Source of the DNA: an uncultured virus (IMG/VR IMGVR_UViG_2061766007_002057)
Taxonomy: Duplodnaviria > Heunggongvirae > Uroviricota > Caudoviricetes
Reading direction: 5' to 3' (one strand)
DNA length: 52,291 nucleotides
IMG/VR virus record: IMGVR_UViG_2061766007_002057
This document shows, one piece after another, positions 38,762-48,800 of the stretch. The number at the start of each line of letters is the position of its first letter. The stretch's first letter is position 1. A program made the translations under genes and the position numbers. Below the pieces are notes generated by a model that saw only the letters and a list, made by a program, of their open reading frames with translations, was not told the origin of the DNA and made no database searches.

Positions 38762-39667
38762 ATGCGTGTTGTAGACTTAGTTGGTCAAATTAAAATGAAA
38801 TGTATGATTTACGGGCAGATAATACACTGCCTAAAGACGGGAAGTGTTTTTCCGCACTCGATTCTTATTGCTTCTGCCGGGTCAGGTAAAAGTACTTTTG
38901 CAAATGCCATTGCAGATGAAATCGGAGGAAGAACAATACAGGCATTTGGTCCGTCATTACAAACGGAATCAGATATAGCAAATATATTCTTTGATTCAAA
39001 AGGAGTGTGCAGTCTAAAACAAGGTGACGTAGTGTTTATAGATGAAATACATGCTATACCCATGAAAGCGGCAGAGCACCTATATACACTCATGGAAAAT
39101 TTCAGCTTTGTACGAAACGGACAAAAGTTAAGTATACCGAGATTTACACTTTTAGCCGGAACGACAGAGCCACACATGATGCCAAAGCCGTTGCGTGATA
39201 GGTTTATACATACCTTTGTGCTTGAGCCATATACAACGGCGGATATAGCTGAGTTTGTTAAAAAGGACGAACATGTAAAAATAAACTCGACTACACTGTA
39301 TGAAAAATTGGGTAGACTTTGCAGATTTAATCCTAGATTATTAAAATCTTTTAGGGTTAAAATGTCGGTGTATGCGTCTGTTATAAATAAGCAGTCCTTT
39401 GACGACGCAGATTGGCCTGGGTTTCTTTCATTTATAGGATATACAAACTTAGGACTAACGTCGTTGGAAGATAAATACATGCGTATACTTAGTTCGTACG
39501 ACAAGGCGTCATTAAATACAATGGCAAACCTTCTAAGTCTTAAGCCTACAATGGTTGCTTCTATAATTGAGCCGTCGTTGTTATCTGCCGGACTAATTGA
39601 GCTGGCTGTAGGCGGTAGAAAGTTAACGGAAGAAGGAAGACGTCACTATGGACAAAGGGGTATTTGA
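38762..39667 (+). CDS. ruvB: RuvB-like Holliday junction branch-migration ATPase
   Basis: VGQ, AGSGKST, GPSL, GDVVFIDEIH, LY..MENF, FTL.AGTT, PLRDRF, PR, IIEP.L..GLI, GR. Confidence 0.85.
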   Translation: MRVVDLVGQIKMKCMIYGQIIHCLKTGSVFPHSILIASAGSGKSTFANAIADEIGGRTIQAFGPSLQTESDIANIFFDSKGVCSLKQGDVVFIDEIHAIPMKAAEHLYTLMENFSFVRNGQKLSIPRFTLLAGTTEPHMMPKPLRDRFIHTFVLEPYTTADIAEFVKKDEHVKINSTTLYEKLGRLCRFNPRLLKSFRVKMSVYASVINKQSFDDADWPGFLSFIGYTNLGLTSLEDKYMRILSSYDKASLNTMANLLSLKPTMVASIIEPSLLSAGLIELAVGGRKLTEEGRRHYGQRGI

Positions 39668-39669
39668 GT

Positions 39670-40059
39670 ATGACTAAACGGAAATACGTAAGTACAACAA
39701 AACAACTTCTTAAAAACCTTGTTGACCTTGATACAGACAAGCCGGTATATATTGTTCATAGGGATTACAAGCGCTTCTTCACAAATGAGAAGTGTGACGA
39801 ATGCAACGGTACAGGTAAGTTTAAGCACGGTACAAAAACTTATACTTGTAATAATTGTGATGGAATCGGAAAACTAAGTGACGTTCGTCATGTTTTTCTT
39901 GCCACGAGGTACTCTTCTGGTGGATATCCAGAGATATCATTACAGTACAACGAAGTACAGCTGGCAATGTATCATGAGGTACGAGGTTTCTTTAACAGTG
40001 AAAATGAAGCACAGAAACTTGCAGGTAGATTAAACAGCCTAGATGAAGAACACAGTTGA
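39670..40059 (+). CDS. protein with a DnaJ-type CxxCxGxG zinc finger
   Basis: CDECNGTG and CNNCDGIG. Confidence 0.7.
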   Translation: MTKRKYVSTTKQLLKNLVDLDTDKPVYIVHRDYKRFFTNEKCDECNGTGKFKHGTKTYTCNNCDGIGKLSDVRHVFLATRYSSGGYPEISLQYNEVQLAMYHEVRGFFNSENEAQKLAGRLNSLDEEHS

Positions 40060-40150
40060 ACCGATTATAGGACTTACAAAAATTGCTAAGTTATTTACGT
40101 TGCCTGTAAAACAGCGTATATCATTTTATTCGAACAAAGGAGATAATAAC

Positions 40151-40612
40151 ATGTTTAGTAAATTTATATCGCAAGCGAAGGGTCTTATGGAGAAAGCACA
40201 AGACCTAGTTAAAATGGTATCCTACAAGAACGGAACCAGGGACACTACTTACGTCCTTTATTGTGACATGGTGTTGCGTGATTCGGTTGATAAACTTGCC
40301 GAGTCTTTAATGCTGGTAAATATAAACCTAGACCAGTGTATCAATAATTCGTCTATAAAAAATACATGCTTCTCTATGCCTCAAAAAAATGTACCATTGA
40401 TTTTATGGCTGGATAACGGACTTGTTGTAGAAGGGTCATTTAATACTGATGAAAACGATAAGGCTTACTTTGAGTTTAACACTGGCTGGCTACCAAGACA
40501 CTCATGCAATACGCTTAATATGAAGAAAGTAAAATCGTCAGAAAGGGTAAAGGTATTAAAATGGGCGTATCTTANNNNNNNNNNNNNNNNNNAAAATGGG
40601 AGGAAAAACTAA
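40151..40612 (+). CDS. hypothetical protein
   Basis: AAGGAG RBS before ATG 40151. Confidence 0.65.
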   Translation: MFSKFISQAKGLMEKAQDLVKMVSYKNGTRDTTYVLYCDMVLRDSVDKLAESLMLVNINLDQCINNSSIKNTCFSMPQKNVPLILWLDNGLVVEGSFNTDENDKAYFEFNTGWLPRHSCNTLNMKKVKSSERVKVLKWAYLXXXXXXXNGRKN

Positions 40613-40894
40613 ATGGATATTCTAGTAACAAATAACGGTGTTTGTGTACTACAAAGAAACGATATTGTACTTGCCTTTACGGAAAGTTACGACGAGGCTT
40701 TGGAGGCTCAAAAAGAATTTGTAAACGACGGACCTGACCCGTATAATATACAGTACGAGATCTGGTTCAATACCAAAGACGAACGAATAGAGTTTGACCA
40801 GCAACTCGATATGTTCTTGGGCGAATATAAGAGTAGTTTTATACTTAAAGAATCCGATGAGTCAATAATTTTATTCGGATTCTGTATACTATAG
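40613..40894 (+). CDS. acidic hypothetical protein
   Basis: GGAGG RBS. Confidence 0.65.
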   Translation: MDILVTNNGVCVLQRNDIVLAFTESYDEALEAQKEFVNDGPDPYNIQYEIWFNTKDERIEFDQQLDMFLGEYKSSFILKESDESIILFGFCIL

Positions 40895-40985
40895 GAGACC
40901 AAATGTACGCAGTATTGGCAATCATAGCTCTTGTAGCAATTGAAGCTATATGGCATATGTGTAGTTTATTTTGGGGAGAAAAAGA

Positions 40986-41303
40986 ATGAAGAAAACAATA
41001 TATAAACGGATACCACTTGACTTGGACATGTGGATAAGTACACCGCAGCAAATTGCTGCCAAGTATCTTGGAGAAGATATACTTAAGACACATCATATCA
41101 TAGCAGTTACAAAACTTTACGGATTTCCCGAGAACTCGGAATTTGCTCACACGTATAATAATCACGAGGCGGGCACCCTAGATGACATGTTTAATTACCT
41201 AGTAGAAGAGTCCGGGTCTGAGAAGTGTGCACGTTGCGCAATGAAACATGTAAAAGAATATCCGGCTATTGCCATGGAGGAAATTGACGATGCCCAGAGT
41301 TAA
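40986..41303 (+). CDS. hypothetical protein
   Basis: GGAG RBS. Confidence 0.6.
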   Translation: MKKTIYKRIPLDLDMWISTPQQIAAKYLGEDILKTHHIIAVTKLYGFPENSEFAHTYNNHEAGTLDDMFNYLVEESGSEKCARCAMKHVKEYPAIAMEEIDDAQS

Positions 41304-41605
41304 AAAAATTGCAGATACACAAACAATACAGGTAAGCTGCGACCTTATTAGCAATAAAGAATTTACGGACATNNNNNNNNNNTGACAAGGACGTCAATAC
41401 AACTTTACAATTAGACGGAAAAACAATTTCGCTATTGGATTTCGTTATGTACGTGGAGGATATTGCACAGCGTGTAAAACCTATACTTCCAAGCATTGAG
41501 CAAGAAATACTTAAAATGTTCTTGGAAGTCATGAGCAAGCATGCACTTGTTGTAGGCAGAGAAATACAGTCGTTACTGCTAAGCAACCAACAAGAAAATA
41601 AGTAA
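41290..41605 (+). CDS. hypothetical protein (joined across a gap; not in the ORF track)
   Basis: GGAGG RBS; MPRVKKIADTQ...LLLSNQQENK. Confidence 0.6.
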
Positions 41606-41614
41606 GGAGGTAGT

Positions 41615-41965
41615 ATGAAGTATACACCATATAGGTTCATTACGTCTGTTATGGCACACCTTGGGGTGTCTATAAATAAAAAACTTATCAAAGGATATTT
41701 GCAATTATCAAAAATACTTTTGGATAAGTTGCGTTCTTTGGGATTTGACGACGACGATATATTACAGATGGTTAGCTATACGTGTAATGATATGTCGAAG
41801 AACGGAATGCCAAGAGACTTTAGGTACTTTGGAGCTATTATGCAACGGTTTATAATTGCATACAGCAACAAAGATTCAAATACAAACTCACAAGAACTTA
41901 GTTACAGTGAGTGGATAAAAGAAGAAGTTGAGCGTTTAAGAGAGCAAAATTTGACAAAAAAATAA
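41615..41965 (+). CDS. hypothetical protein
   Basis: AAGGAGG RBS. Confidence 0.7.
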   Translation: MKYTPYRFITSVMAHLGVSINKKLIKGYLQLSKILLDKLRSLGFDDDDILQMVSYTCNDMSKNGMPRDFRYFGAIMQRFIIAYSNKDSNTNSQELSYSEWIKEEVERLREQNLTKK

Positions 41966-41979
41966 AAGTGTGTTATAAT
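41951..41979 (+). promoter_or_regulatory. perfect sigma70 promoter with extended -10
   Basis: TTGACA-17 bp-(TGn)TATAAT. Confidence 0.85.
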
Positions 41980-42035
41980 GTTCCTGAGGTGGTAGACACG
42001 GCTGAAGTATCCAGGAGATACTGTCAGTGGTATAA

Positions 42036-42401
42036 ATGCCAAAGAAAAGGATAAGCGAAACATTTACAAGCGATCTTAGACACAATTATACGGTGGTTTC
42101 ACTCGATGCTTTGCGAGACGACATTGAGGAGCATAANNNNNNNNNNNNNNNNNNNNNNNNNGTTTGGGATACATTACGAGAGATATATGAAATATATGAT
42201 GAGCATTATATCATAATGTATTTAATGTATTACCTAGGTATGTCATTTCGAAAAGCTGCAAACATTTTAGAGAGGGGACCTTCATTTGTGTTTCTGTATG
42301 CTAACACAGCAATACAGGCAGTTAAAGACAAGCTACAGGTACAAAATGATTGTAAGATAGAAGATGATTTTGAAGAACGAGAATCTGAGGAGTTACCTTG
42401 A
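42036..42401 (+). CDS. small sigma region-4-like HTH protein
   Basis: YYLGMSFRKAANILERGPSFV...AIQAVK pattern. Confidence 0.45.
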   Translation: MPKKRISETFTSDLRHNYTVVSLDALRDDIEEHXXXXXXXXXVWDTLREIYEIYDEHYIIMYLMYYLGMSFRKAANILERGPSFVFLYANTAIQAVKDKLQVQNDCKIEDDFEERESEELP

Positions 42402-43046
42402 CTTAAAGGGTTTTACAACGGATGACTTATTCAATGCGCATGCAGTTATAATGGACGACGATAAGTTTGTTTTATCAGACAGTGGGGAGTCCTGGCTTGA
42501 CGAGCAGGTAGCATTTGATGAAGAAAACGAAACCGCTGTAACAGCAAAAAATATATTAGAAAAGAAACAGGGTCAATATATACACGATTCNNNNNNNNNN
42601 NNNNNNNNNNNNNNNNNNNNNNNNNNNNNNNNNNNNNNNNNNNNNNNNNNNNNNNNNNNNNNNNNNNNNNNNNNNNNNNNNNNNNNNNNNNNNNNNNNNN
42701 NNNNNNNNGTTGTTTTGCAGCAGCGTCGAAAAAGAATTCTATTATTTTAACAGAAGGAGTATACGACACTATTGCTTTACAAAAATACGGATTTGTAAAT
42801 TCTGGTGCACTGCTCGGCACAAACTTATCTAATCTTCAATTTTTTCAGCTATTTTCGATAGTTGATAATATTGCTTTATGTTTAGATAACGACTCCGCCG
42901 GCAAAGAAGCAGTAAAAAAGATATACAATAACTATAAGAACAGTGTTACGTTCTACACAGTCGATATAGATAAAGACCCAGATGAGTTCTTAAAAGAACA
43001 TGGGCGAGATGAGTTTAAGAAAAGGATACGGAAAATAGATGCTTAG
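42364..43046 (+). CDS. dnaG: DnaG-type TOPRIM primase (joined across a gap; 3' half missing from the ORF track)
   Basis: Hand translation IILTEGVYDTIAL..GF..SGALLGT...LCLDNDSAGKEA...KDPDEFL. Confidence 0.85.
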
Positions 43047-43833
43047 CGACGACATAAGAAAGAAAATCGCCTCGTGCGATTACACAATGAACAGTGGACG
43101 GTATCAAACACGAGATGGTAAGATATACTCTCGTGTTACGTCTATTCTTAGCATGATTAGATTTGACGACGGGATCTTAGATAAGTGGCGAAAGAAGATG
43201 ACGATAAACGATTTTTGTAAACGTATAGATATGCAAGGCGTTTACAAAGGAAATAAAGTGTTTAATGAGTTCAGTAAGTCACTTTCAGCTGCTGACGACT
43301 ATACGTTTGCCTCAGCTGCGTTCGGAACAAAAGTCCATAACTGGATCGAATCTTACATGAACACAGGTGTTTTCCAGATTCTTTCCACAGACGAATACGC
43401 AAGTGTTGGTATTTGTTCAGAGTCTGTTAAAAAGTTTTTAATTGAGAATAATATAAGCCCTTCCTCAGTTGAGATTGTAAAACCTGAGCTGTTTGTTTAT
43501 TCTCAAAAGTACGGATATGCCGGGTCTGCTGACTTCGTTTGTGGTCGCGGCGACAGTTATTATTTGTTTGATTGGAAAACAAGTAACAGGTACAGAGTTA
43601 ACTATGCGCTTCAGCTTTCCGCGTATGCACATGCAATTGAAGAACTGTACGGCATACACATAAAGAAAGCAACATGCGTAGTATTTAATAAAGAAATTGT
43701 TGGATATGAAAAGCATACGCTTAGCGACGAAGAACTTAAGTACTATTTTGAGTTATTCAAGACGTGTTTAGTGTTGCATAATTTTATTAAAGGATATCCG
43801 GTTCCAGCCATGGAAATCGGATTTAAGGAGTAA
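43039..43833 (+). CDS. PD-(D/E)xK exonuclease (RecB/Cas4-like phage family)
   Basis: SRVTSIL, GTKVH, YAGSADF, FDWKTS, QLSAY. Confidence 0.85.
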   Translation: MLSDDIRKKIASCDYTMNSGRYQTRDGKIYSRVTSILSMIRFDDGILDKWRKKMTINDFCKRIDMQGVYKGNKVFNEFSKSLSAADDYTFASAAFGTKVHNWIESYMNTGVFQILSTDEYASVGICSESVKKFLIENNISPSSVEIVKPELFVYSQKYGYAGSADFVCGRGDSYYLFDWKTSNRYRVNYALQLSAYAHAIEELYGIHIKKATCVVFNKEIVGYEKHTLSDEELKYYFELFKTCLVLHNFIKGYPVPAMEIGFKE

Positions 43834-43835
43834 TA

Positions 43836-44237
43836 ATGTTTGGAAGAAAAAATAAATACATTGTATTTTATGCAGAAGAAATAAACGGCTTTACAAAGGG
43901 AGAGATACTAACCAAAATTAAAGACAGTGAAGNNNNNNNNNNNNNNNNNNNNNNTTATGGAAAAGATTTTGTTGTTAGGTTAGAGGACGCAGTAGGTCCT
44001 TTTGAGTTCTTACAAGCTGTTGGCGTAATGCACGCATTAAATGTTAAGTGTGATGAAATACTTAAACTGCAAGAAGAAATTAAAAACCTTACCGCAAAAG
44101 TAGATAACATAGCATTGTCTCAGGCAACGCTATTAGCAGCAGTAAAATTGATTACAGAAAACAAACATGGAAAATCCAAAACTCACAATTGTGAATGCTC
44201 CGGACAATGCTCTGGAAATTGTAAACAGGGCCGCTAG
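43836..44237 (+). CDS. hypothetical protein with a Cys-rich tail
   Basis: AAGGAG RBS. Confidence 0.6.
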   Translation: MFGRKNKYIVFYAEEINGFTKGEILTKIKDSEXXXXXXXXYGKDFVVRLEDAVGPFEFLQAVGVMHALNVKCDEILKLQEEIKNLTAKVDNIALSQATLLAAVKLITENKHGKSKTHNCECSGQCSGNCKQGR

Positions 44238-44793
44238 AACTTGTTACCGCAGTCACGATAAAAGCAAGCCAGAAACAATGGAATCTTTTATCAAAGGCAT
44301 AATCAAGTCTGGGCACCATAGTGTACTGGAACATATATCTATAAACTTTGAGTTGCAAAACATATCAAGAGCCTGTGCCACACAAATTTTACGGCACAGA
44401 CTCGCGTCGTATTCTTGTGAGTCTATGCGTTACGTTGATATGTGCGATCTTGATTATGTAACGCCAGCTGGAATAGAGGCAAACGCAGAGGCACTAGCAG
44501 AGTTTAATAATGCAGTTAAGACAGCAGCAAATGCTTATAAGAAATTACTTTCATTAGGAGTAAAGAAAGAAGACGCACGCGCATGCCTTCCTATTGCAAC
44601 ATGCACACGAATGTTTTTTACTTTCAACCTAAGAGAAATACTTCATTTCTTAAACGAACGTATGTCTGCTCGTGCACAACGGGAGATTAGATTGGTTGCA
44701 TTAAACATGTATTGTTTAGTAAAATCAATATATCCGTGGTTGCTAGAAGGATTGGAAGATAAATACTTATCCGTAAAGGAAATTACTAGATGA
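44167..44793 (+). CDS. thyX: FAD-dependent thymidylate synthase
   Basis: AARTCY, GHHSVLEH, ISR, QILRHRLASYSCESMRY, KEDAR..LP, NLRE, AQREIR. Confidence 0.95.
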   Translation: MENPKLTIVNAPDNALEIVNRAARTCYRSHDKSKPETMESFIKGIIKSGHHSVLEHISINFELQNISRACATQILRHRLASYSCESMRYVDMCDLDYVTPAGIEANAEALAEFNNAVKTAANAYKKLLSLGVKKEDARACLPIATCTRMFFTFNLREILHFLNERMSARAQREIRLVALNMYCLVKSIYPWLLEGLEDKYLSVKEITR

Positions 44794-45416
44794 AAATAGT
44801 TGCTTTTTCTGACTCACATTGGAGACTAGACAAACTGGAAATACCGCCTGGAGACGTGTTGGTATTTGCCGGTGACTGGTCACAATCAAACGGAAGTATT
44901 ATGGACGCTATAAAGTTTGCAGCCTTTGTAAAAAAGGTTCCTTGTAAGCATAAAATAATTATTGCCGGCAACCACGACTTCTGTGCACAATCAGAATCTT
45001 CGATAGTTAAGCAAGTATTTTCAGAAGCTGGTGCGATATATCTTCAAGATAACGGTTGTGAAATAGGTAGAATAAAATTCTATGGTACGCCTTGGTGTCC
45101 AGAGTTTATGAACTGGGCTTTTATGAAGCCTGACTATGATTTGACGTACGTTTTCAAGAAGATACCTACAGACACAGACGTACTTATTACGCACACCCCA
45201 CCTTACGGTATATTAGACAAAATAGAAAATAGAGAAAGCGTCGGGTCTCATGCTCTAGAGGAAACTTTAAGAAGGGTAAAACCGGCAATACACATATTTG
45301 GTCATATACATAACGGGTATGGACATGAGTACAGTGATCACACAATTTACTATAATGTATCTGTATGTGATGATGACTATAATTTGATTAACAAACCCAC
45401 TATAATTGAGGTATAA
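44790..45416 (+). CDS. metallophosphoesterase (MPPED/239FB-like)
   Basis: SDSH, AGD, AGNHD, THTPP, FGHIH. Confidence 0.9.
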   Translation: MKIVAFSDSHWRLDKLEIPPGDVLVFAGDWSQSNGSIMDAIKFAAFVKKVPCKHKIIIAGNHDFCAQSESSIVKQVFSEAGAIYLQDNGCEIGRIKFYGTPWCPEFMNWAFMKPDYDLTYVFKKIPTDTDVLITHTPPYGILDKIENRESVGSHALEETLRRVKPAIHIFGHIHNGYGHEYSDHTIYYNVSVCDDDYNLINKPTIIEV

Positions 45417-45422
45417 CTTAGT

Positions 45423-47081
45423 ATGAAACGCATAATTAAATTCGGAAAAGAAGCAAGAGAAAAATTATTAGAAGGGGTTGAATTATCAACCAAAGCAATT
45501 AGACCTACGTTAGGTCCTCGTGGGGCGTCTGCAATTATTTGCACAGGAACGCACCCATTTCCGTTATTAGCAGACGATGGAGCGATTGTAGCAAAATGTA
45601 TGCAGTCACAAGACCCGTCTGTAAATGCAGGCTGCTCAATCATTAAAGAGGTAGCTACGCAGACTGACTCTGNNNNNNNNNNNNNNNNNNNNNNNNNNNN
45701 TCTCGCAGCAATCAACAATGGTGTATCTAAAAGAAACCTTAAGAAAGGTATTATTGACGGTCTCAATATGGCTAAAACGTATATTGAGTCAATTACCAAG
45801 AAAATAGAAACAGAAGAGCAGCTAAAAAATGTAGCGTTTATTTCGTCTAATGATAAAGACGTAGCAGAGATCGTAGGGTCCGCTGTTTATTCCGTTGGTA
45901 AGTATGGCGTAGTTCAGGTAGAAGAAGGAACAATGCAAGAGACTAAAGTTCTTCGTGCAAATGGTATTAAGTTTGAACGTGGATTTGTTGACCGCTTACT
46001 TACAACAGACCCAGTGCGTGGTTATTTTGAGACGAAGAAGTGTCGTGTTCTTGTATTAGACCATGAACTTGATAATGCAGCAGAGGCAATTAAAATCCTT
46101 GAGCTTGCAATTACTAAAGGTGTGCCGATTCTTATTATTTGTAACGGATGTAGAAATGATGCAGCGTTGGCGTATCTCCGTACTAATAAACAACAATATG
46201 GTCTTAAGATTTGTTTAGTAAAAGCTCCCGGTCATGGTGATCTTAAGGTACAGTACTTGCAGGATATTGCAGCTGCTACAGGTGCAACTGTTATCGGTGA
46301 CACAACAGGTATTGCGCTAGATAAACTTCAAGCTGACAAAAACAAATCCGGGTATAACGCGGATGATTTCCTTGCTCTTCTCGGTGAAGGTGATGTTGTA
46401 GTTACCCAGCGTGACACAACCATTGTTGTAGATAAGAAAACCGAAGCAGTGGAACAGGTAATAGCAACCTTGAAAGAAACGCTTGATACTGCGGAGTTAT
46501 CTGAATATGACCGTAATATTTTACAAGATAGATTAGCTAACTTGACAAGTGGTATTGCTTTAATTAGCGTTGGCGGATCTTCTGATACTGAGATTGCTGC
46601 GAAGAAAGTAAAGATTGATGATGCAAAGAGCGCAACAATGTCCGCAAATAAATACGGATATGTGCTCGGAGGCGGATCAGCTTATTTGTGGGCATCTAGA
46701 AAGATTAGCGATTACGTTAAGGGCAAAGATGAAGCAGATAATCGGGCTGGAGAATTACAAGGTATGCAGATTGTAGCAAATGCTCTTGAACAGGTTACAA
46801 TGCAACTTGTTACTAACTCCGGAGAGGACGCTAAAACGGTTGTATATGAGATTGAAGAAAGAATGCTGAAAGAAGAGACCCCTACAGTAGGTTACGACGC
46901 TTTATCGAATAAGATTGTAGATATGTACGAAGCCGGAATTATTGATTCAGCTAAAGTAGTGACCAATTCTCTTGAGAAAGCAGCATCTATTGCATCTACA
47001 GTAATTATGGCAGAAACTCTTATTACTGAAGAAGCAGAAGAGTCTGACAAAATTAATTATGCGTTAGCACATAGACAATAA
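45423..47081 (+). CDS. groEL: divergent chaperonin GroEL
   Basis: TLGPRG, DG..VAK, VKAPGHGD, L.DIA..TGA, LQDRLA.L.SG, IDDA..AT, GGG, AGIID.AKV; no GGM tail. Confidence 0.93.
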   Translation: MKRIIKFGKEAREKLLEGVELSTKAIRPTLGPRGASAIICTGTHPFPLLADDGAIVAKCMQSQDPSVNAGCSIIKEVATQTDSXXXXXXXXXXLAAINNGVSKRNLKKGIIDGLNMAKTYIESITKKIETEEQLKNVAFISSNDKDVAEIVGSAVYSVGKYGVVQVEEGTMQETKVLRANGIKFERGFVDRLLTTDPVRGYFETKKCRVLVLDHELDNAAEAIKILELAITKGVPILIICNGCRNDAALAYLRTNKQQYGLKICLVKAPGHGDLKVQYLQDIAAATGATVIGDTTGIALDKLQADKNKSGYNADDFLALLGEGDVVVTQRDTTIVVDKKTEAVEQVIATLKETLDTAELSEYDRNILQDRLANLTSGIALISVGGSSDTEIAAKKVKIDDAKSATMSANKYGYVLGGGSAYLWASRKISDYVKGKDEADNRAGELQGMQIVANALEQVTMQLVTNSGEDAKTVVYEIEERMLKEETPTVGYDALSNKIVDMYEAGIIDSAKVVTNSLEKAASIASTVIMAETLITEEAEESDKINYALAHRQ

Positions 47082-47082
47082 A

Positions 47083-48202
47083 ATGCGTGTAGAGGCTGCA
47101 GTCATATCTGACATACAACTTGCTAAGGACTATCCGTTTGNNNNNNNNNNNNNNNNNNNNNNNNNNNNNNNNNNNNNNNNNNNNNNNNNNNNNNNNNNNN
47201 NNNNNNNNNNNNNNNNNNNNNNNNNNNNNNNNNNNNNNNNNNNNNNNNNNNNNNNNNNNNNNNNNNNNNNNNNNNNNNNNNNNNNNNNNNNNNNNNNNNN
47301 NNNNNNNNNNNNNNNNNNNNNNNNNNNNNNNNNNNNNNNNNNNNNNNNNNNNNNNNNNNNNNNNNNNNNNNNNNNNNNNNNNNNNNNNNNNNNNNNNNNN
47401 NNNNNNNNNNNNNNNNNNNNNNNNNNNNNNNNNNNNNNNNNNNNNNNNNNNNNNNNNNNNNNNNNNNNNNNNNNNNNNNNNNNNNNNNNNNNNNNNNNNN
47501 NNNNNNNNNNNNNNNNNNNNNNNNNNNNNNNNNNNNNNNNNNNNNNNNNNNNNNNNNNNNNNNNNNNNNNNNNNNNNNNNNNNNNNNNNNNNNNNNNNNN
47601 NNNNNNNNNNNNNNNNNAACGAAAGCGTTGTATTATATGAAGAGTATATACCAGGAAGAAACTTCTATGTTGTTATAGACAGACGCAAAGCTCACCATAT
47701 GGCAGTAGGAGACGACCACAACATTTTTATAACAGCGCCTGAGTTTTCAAAATATACATTTTTGTGCCAAACAAAACGAAACACAAAAGGCAACTTATAT
47801 GTTAAGTCGATAGTAAGCACTGGATTAGATAAAGACATAACCAATTACTTACGTCGCAACACAAAGTTCAGTAAGCTAATAATTGAATTTCGTTTGAAGA
47901 GCACAGCGTTTGGTGGGAATAAAAAAGAGTTAATTCCAAAGCGCAATTTACTTATAGTAACAGACGTATACGTAAATGATTTTCCATTTGGTAAATTTCT
48001 TTCCGTAAATGAGAGGAATTATTTCGCAAAGAATCTTGAGTTACTTACACCAAAATTAGTAAAATACGATGAGTTCTCATTTGATACAGCAGTACAATTG
48101 GGAAAAGAAAATGGAATTGTAGTTAGATCAGAAGACGGTAAAAAGCGCGGTGTGTTTCACACATACAAAGATAGGCTACGACGAAAACATATATTACATT
48201 GA
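47083..48202 (+). CDS. possible degenerate Rnl2/DRB0094-like RNA ligase homolog (large internal gap)
   Basis: Motif order YEEYIPGRN, IIEF, IVTDV, FL...E....LELLTP.L, ENGIVVR follows nucleotidyltransferase motifs I, III, IIIa, IV, with catalytic residues replaced. Confidence 0.4.
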
Positions 48203-48227
48203 TTTTTTTCAAACTTTGTTATATAAT
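48199..48227 (+). promoter_or_regulatory. sigma70-type promoter
   Basis: TTGATT-17 bp-TATAAT. Confidence 0.6.
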
Positions 48228-48244
48228 TAATATAAGGATATTAA

Positions 48245-48361
48245 ATGGGACGGAAATTACTTCCTAAAACTAGATGTAAAAGGTGTGCTCGTTACAATAA
48301 ATGTTACATAGCACTTAGCTACATTTTCCCATTAGTATGTGAGGAGTTTACAAAAGATTAG
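48245..48361 (+). CDS. 38-aa Cys-rich peptide
   Basis: AAGGA RBS; CKRC..C..C. Confidence 0.5.
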   Translation: MGRKLLPKTRCKRCARYNKCYIALSYIFPLVCEEFTKD

Positions 48362-48362
48362 T

Positions 48363-48800
48363 ATGCTTAAACAAGGATTAATAAAACTTCCAGATAATTT
48401 CTNNNNNNNNNNNNNNNNNNNNNNNNNNNNNNNNNNNNNNNTATCATTACAGGTTTTGACTTTGGTCCTGGACTTAGTCTTGTTCAAACAGTTCCTGAGT
48501 TAATAAAAGAGCAAACCTGCATATCTTACTCTGATAAAAACAGAGCACTTGTGAATTTGTATTATCCAATAATTAAAACCGCAATAGCTGAAGAATTTAT
48601 CCATGCTAAGATCATAAGTTTCTTAAACAACGCAGTAGGTAACGAGGAGAATCCGAATTACNNNNNNNNNNNNNNNNNNNGATAATAAAAACTTAAAGCT
48701 TTGTGGATTATATACAGGAGAATCGGGTCAAGGAAAATGGGTATCAACAGAGGCGTTAAATGGGATAGCTACATATCTGTCAGTCCCGGTATATACGAAT
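48363..48800 (+). CDS. hypothetical protein interrupted by gaps; end uncertain
   Basis: GAGGAG upstream; MLKQGLIKLPDNF... Confidence 0.4.

Noticed and set aside
43039..43833. Cas4 as evidence of a CRISPR system
   Set aside because: Lacks the four-Cys cluster pattern; ordinary phage PD-(D/E)xK exonuclease next to the primase.
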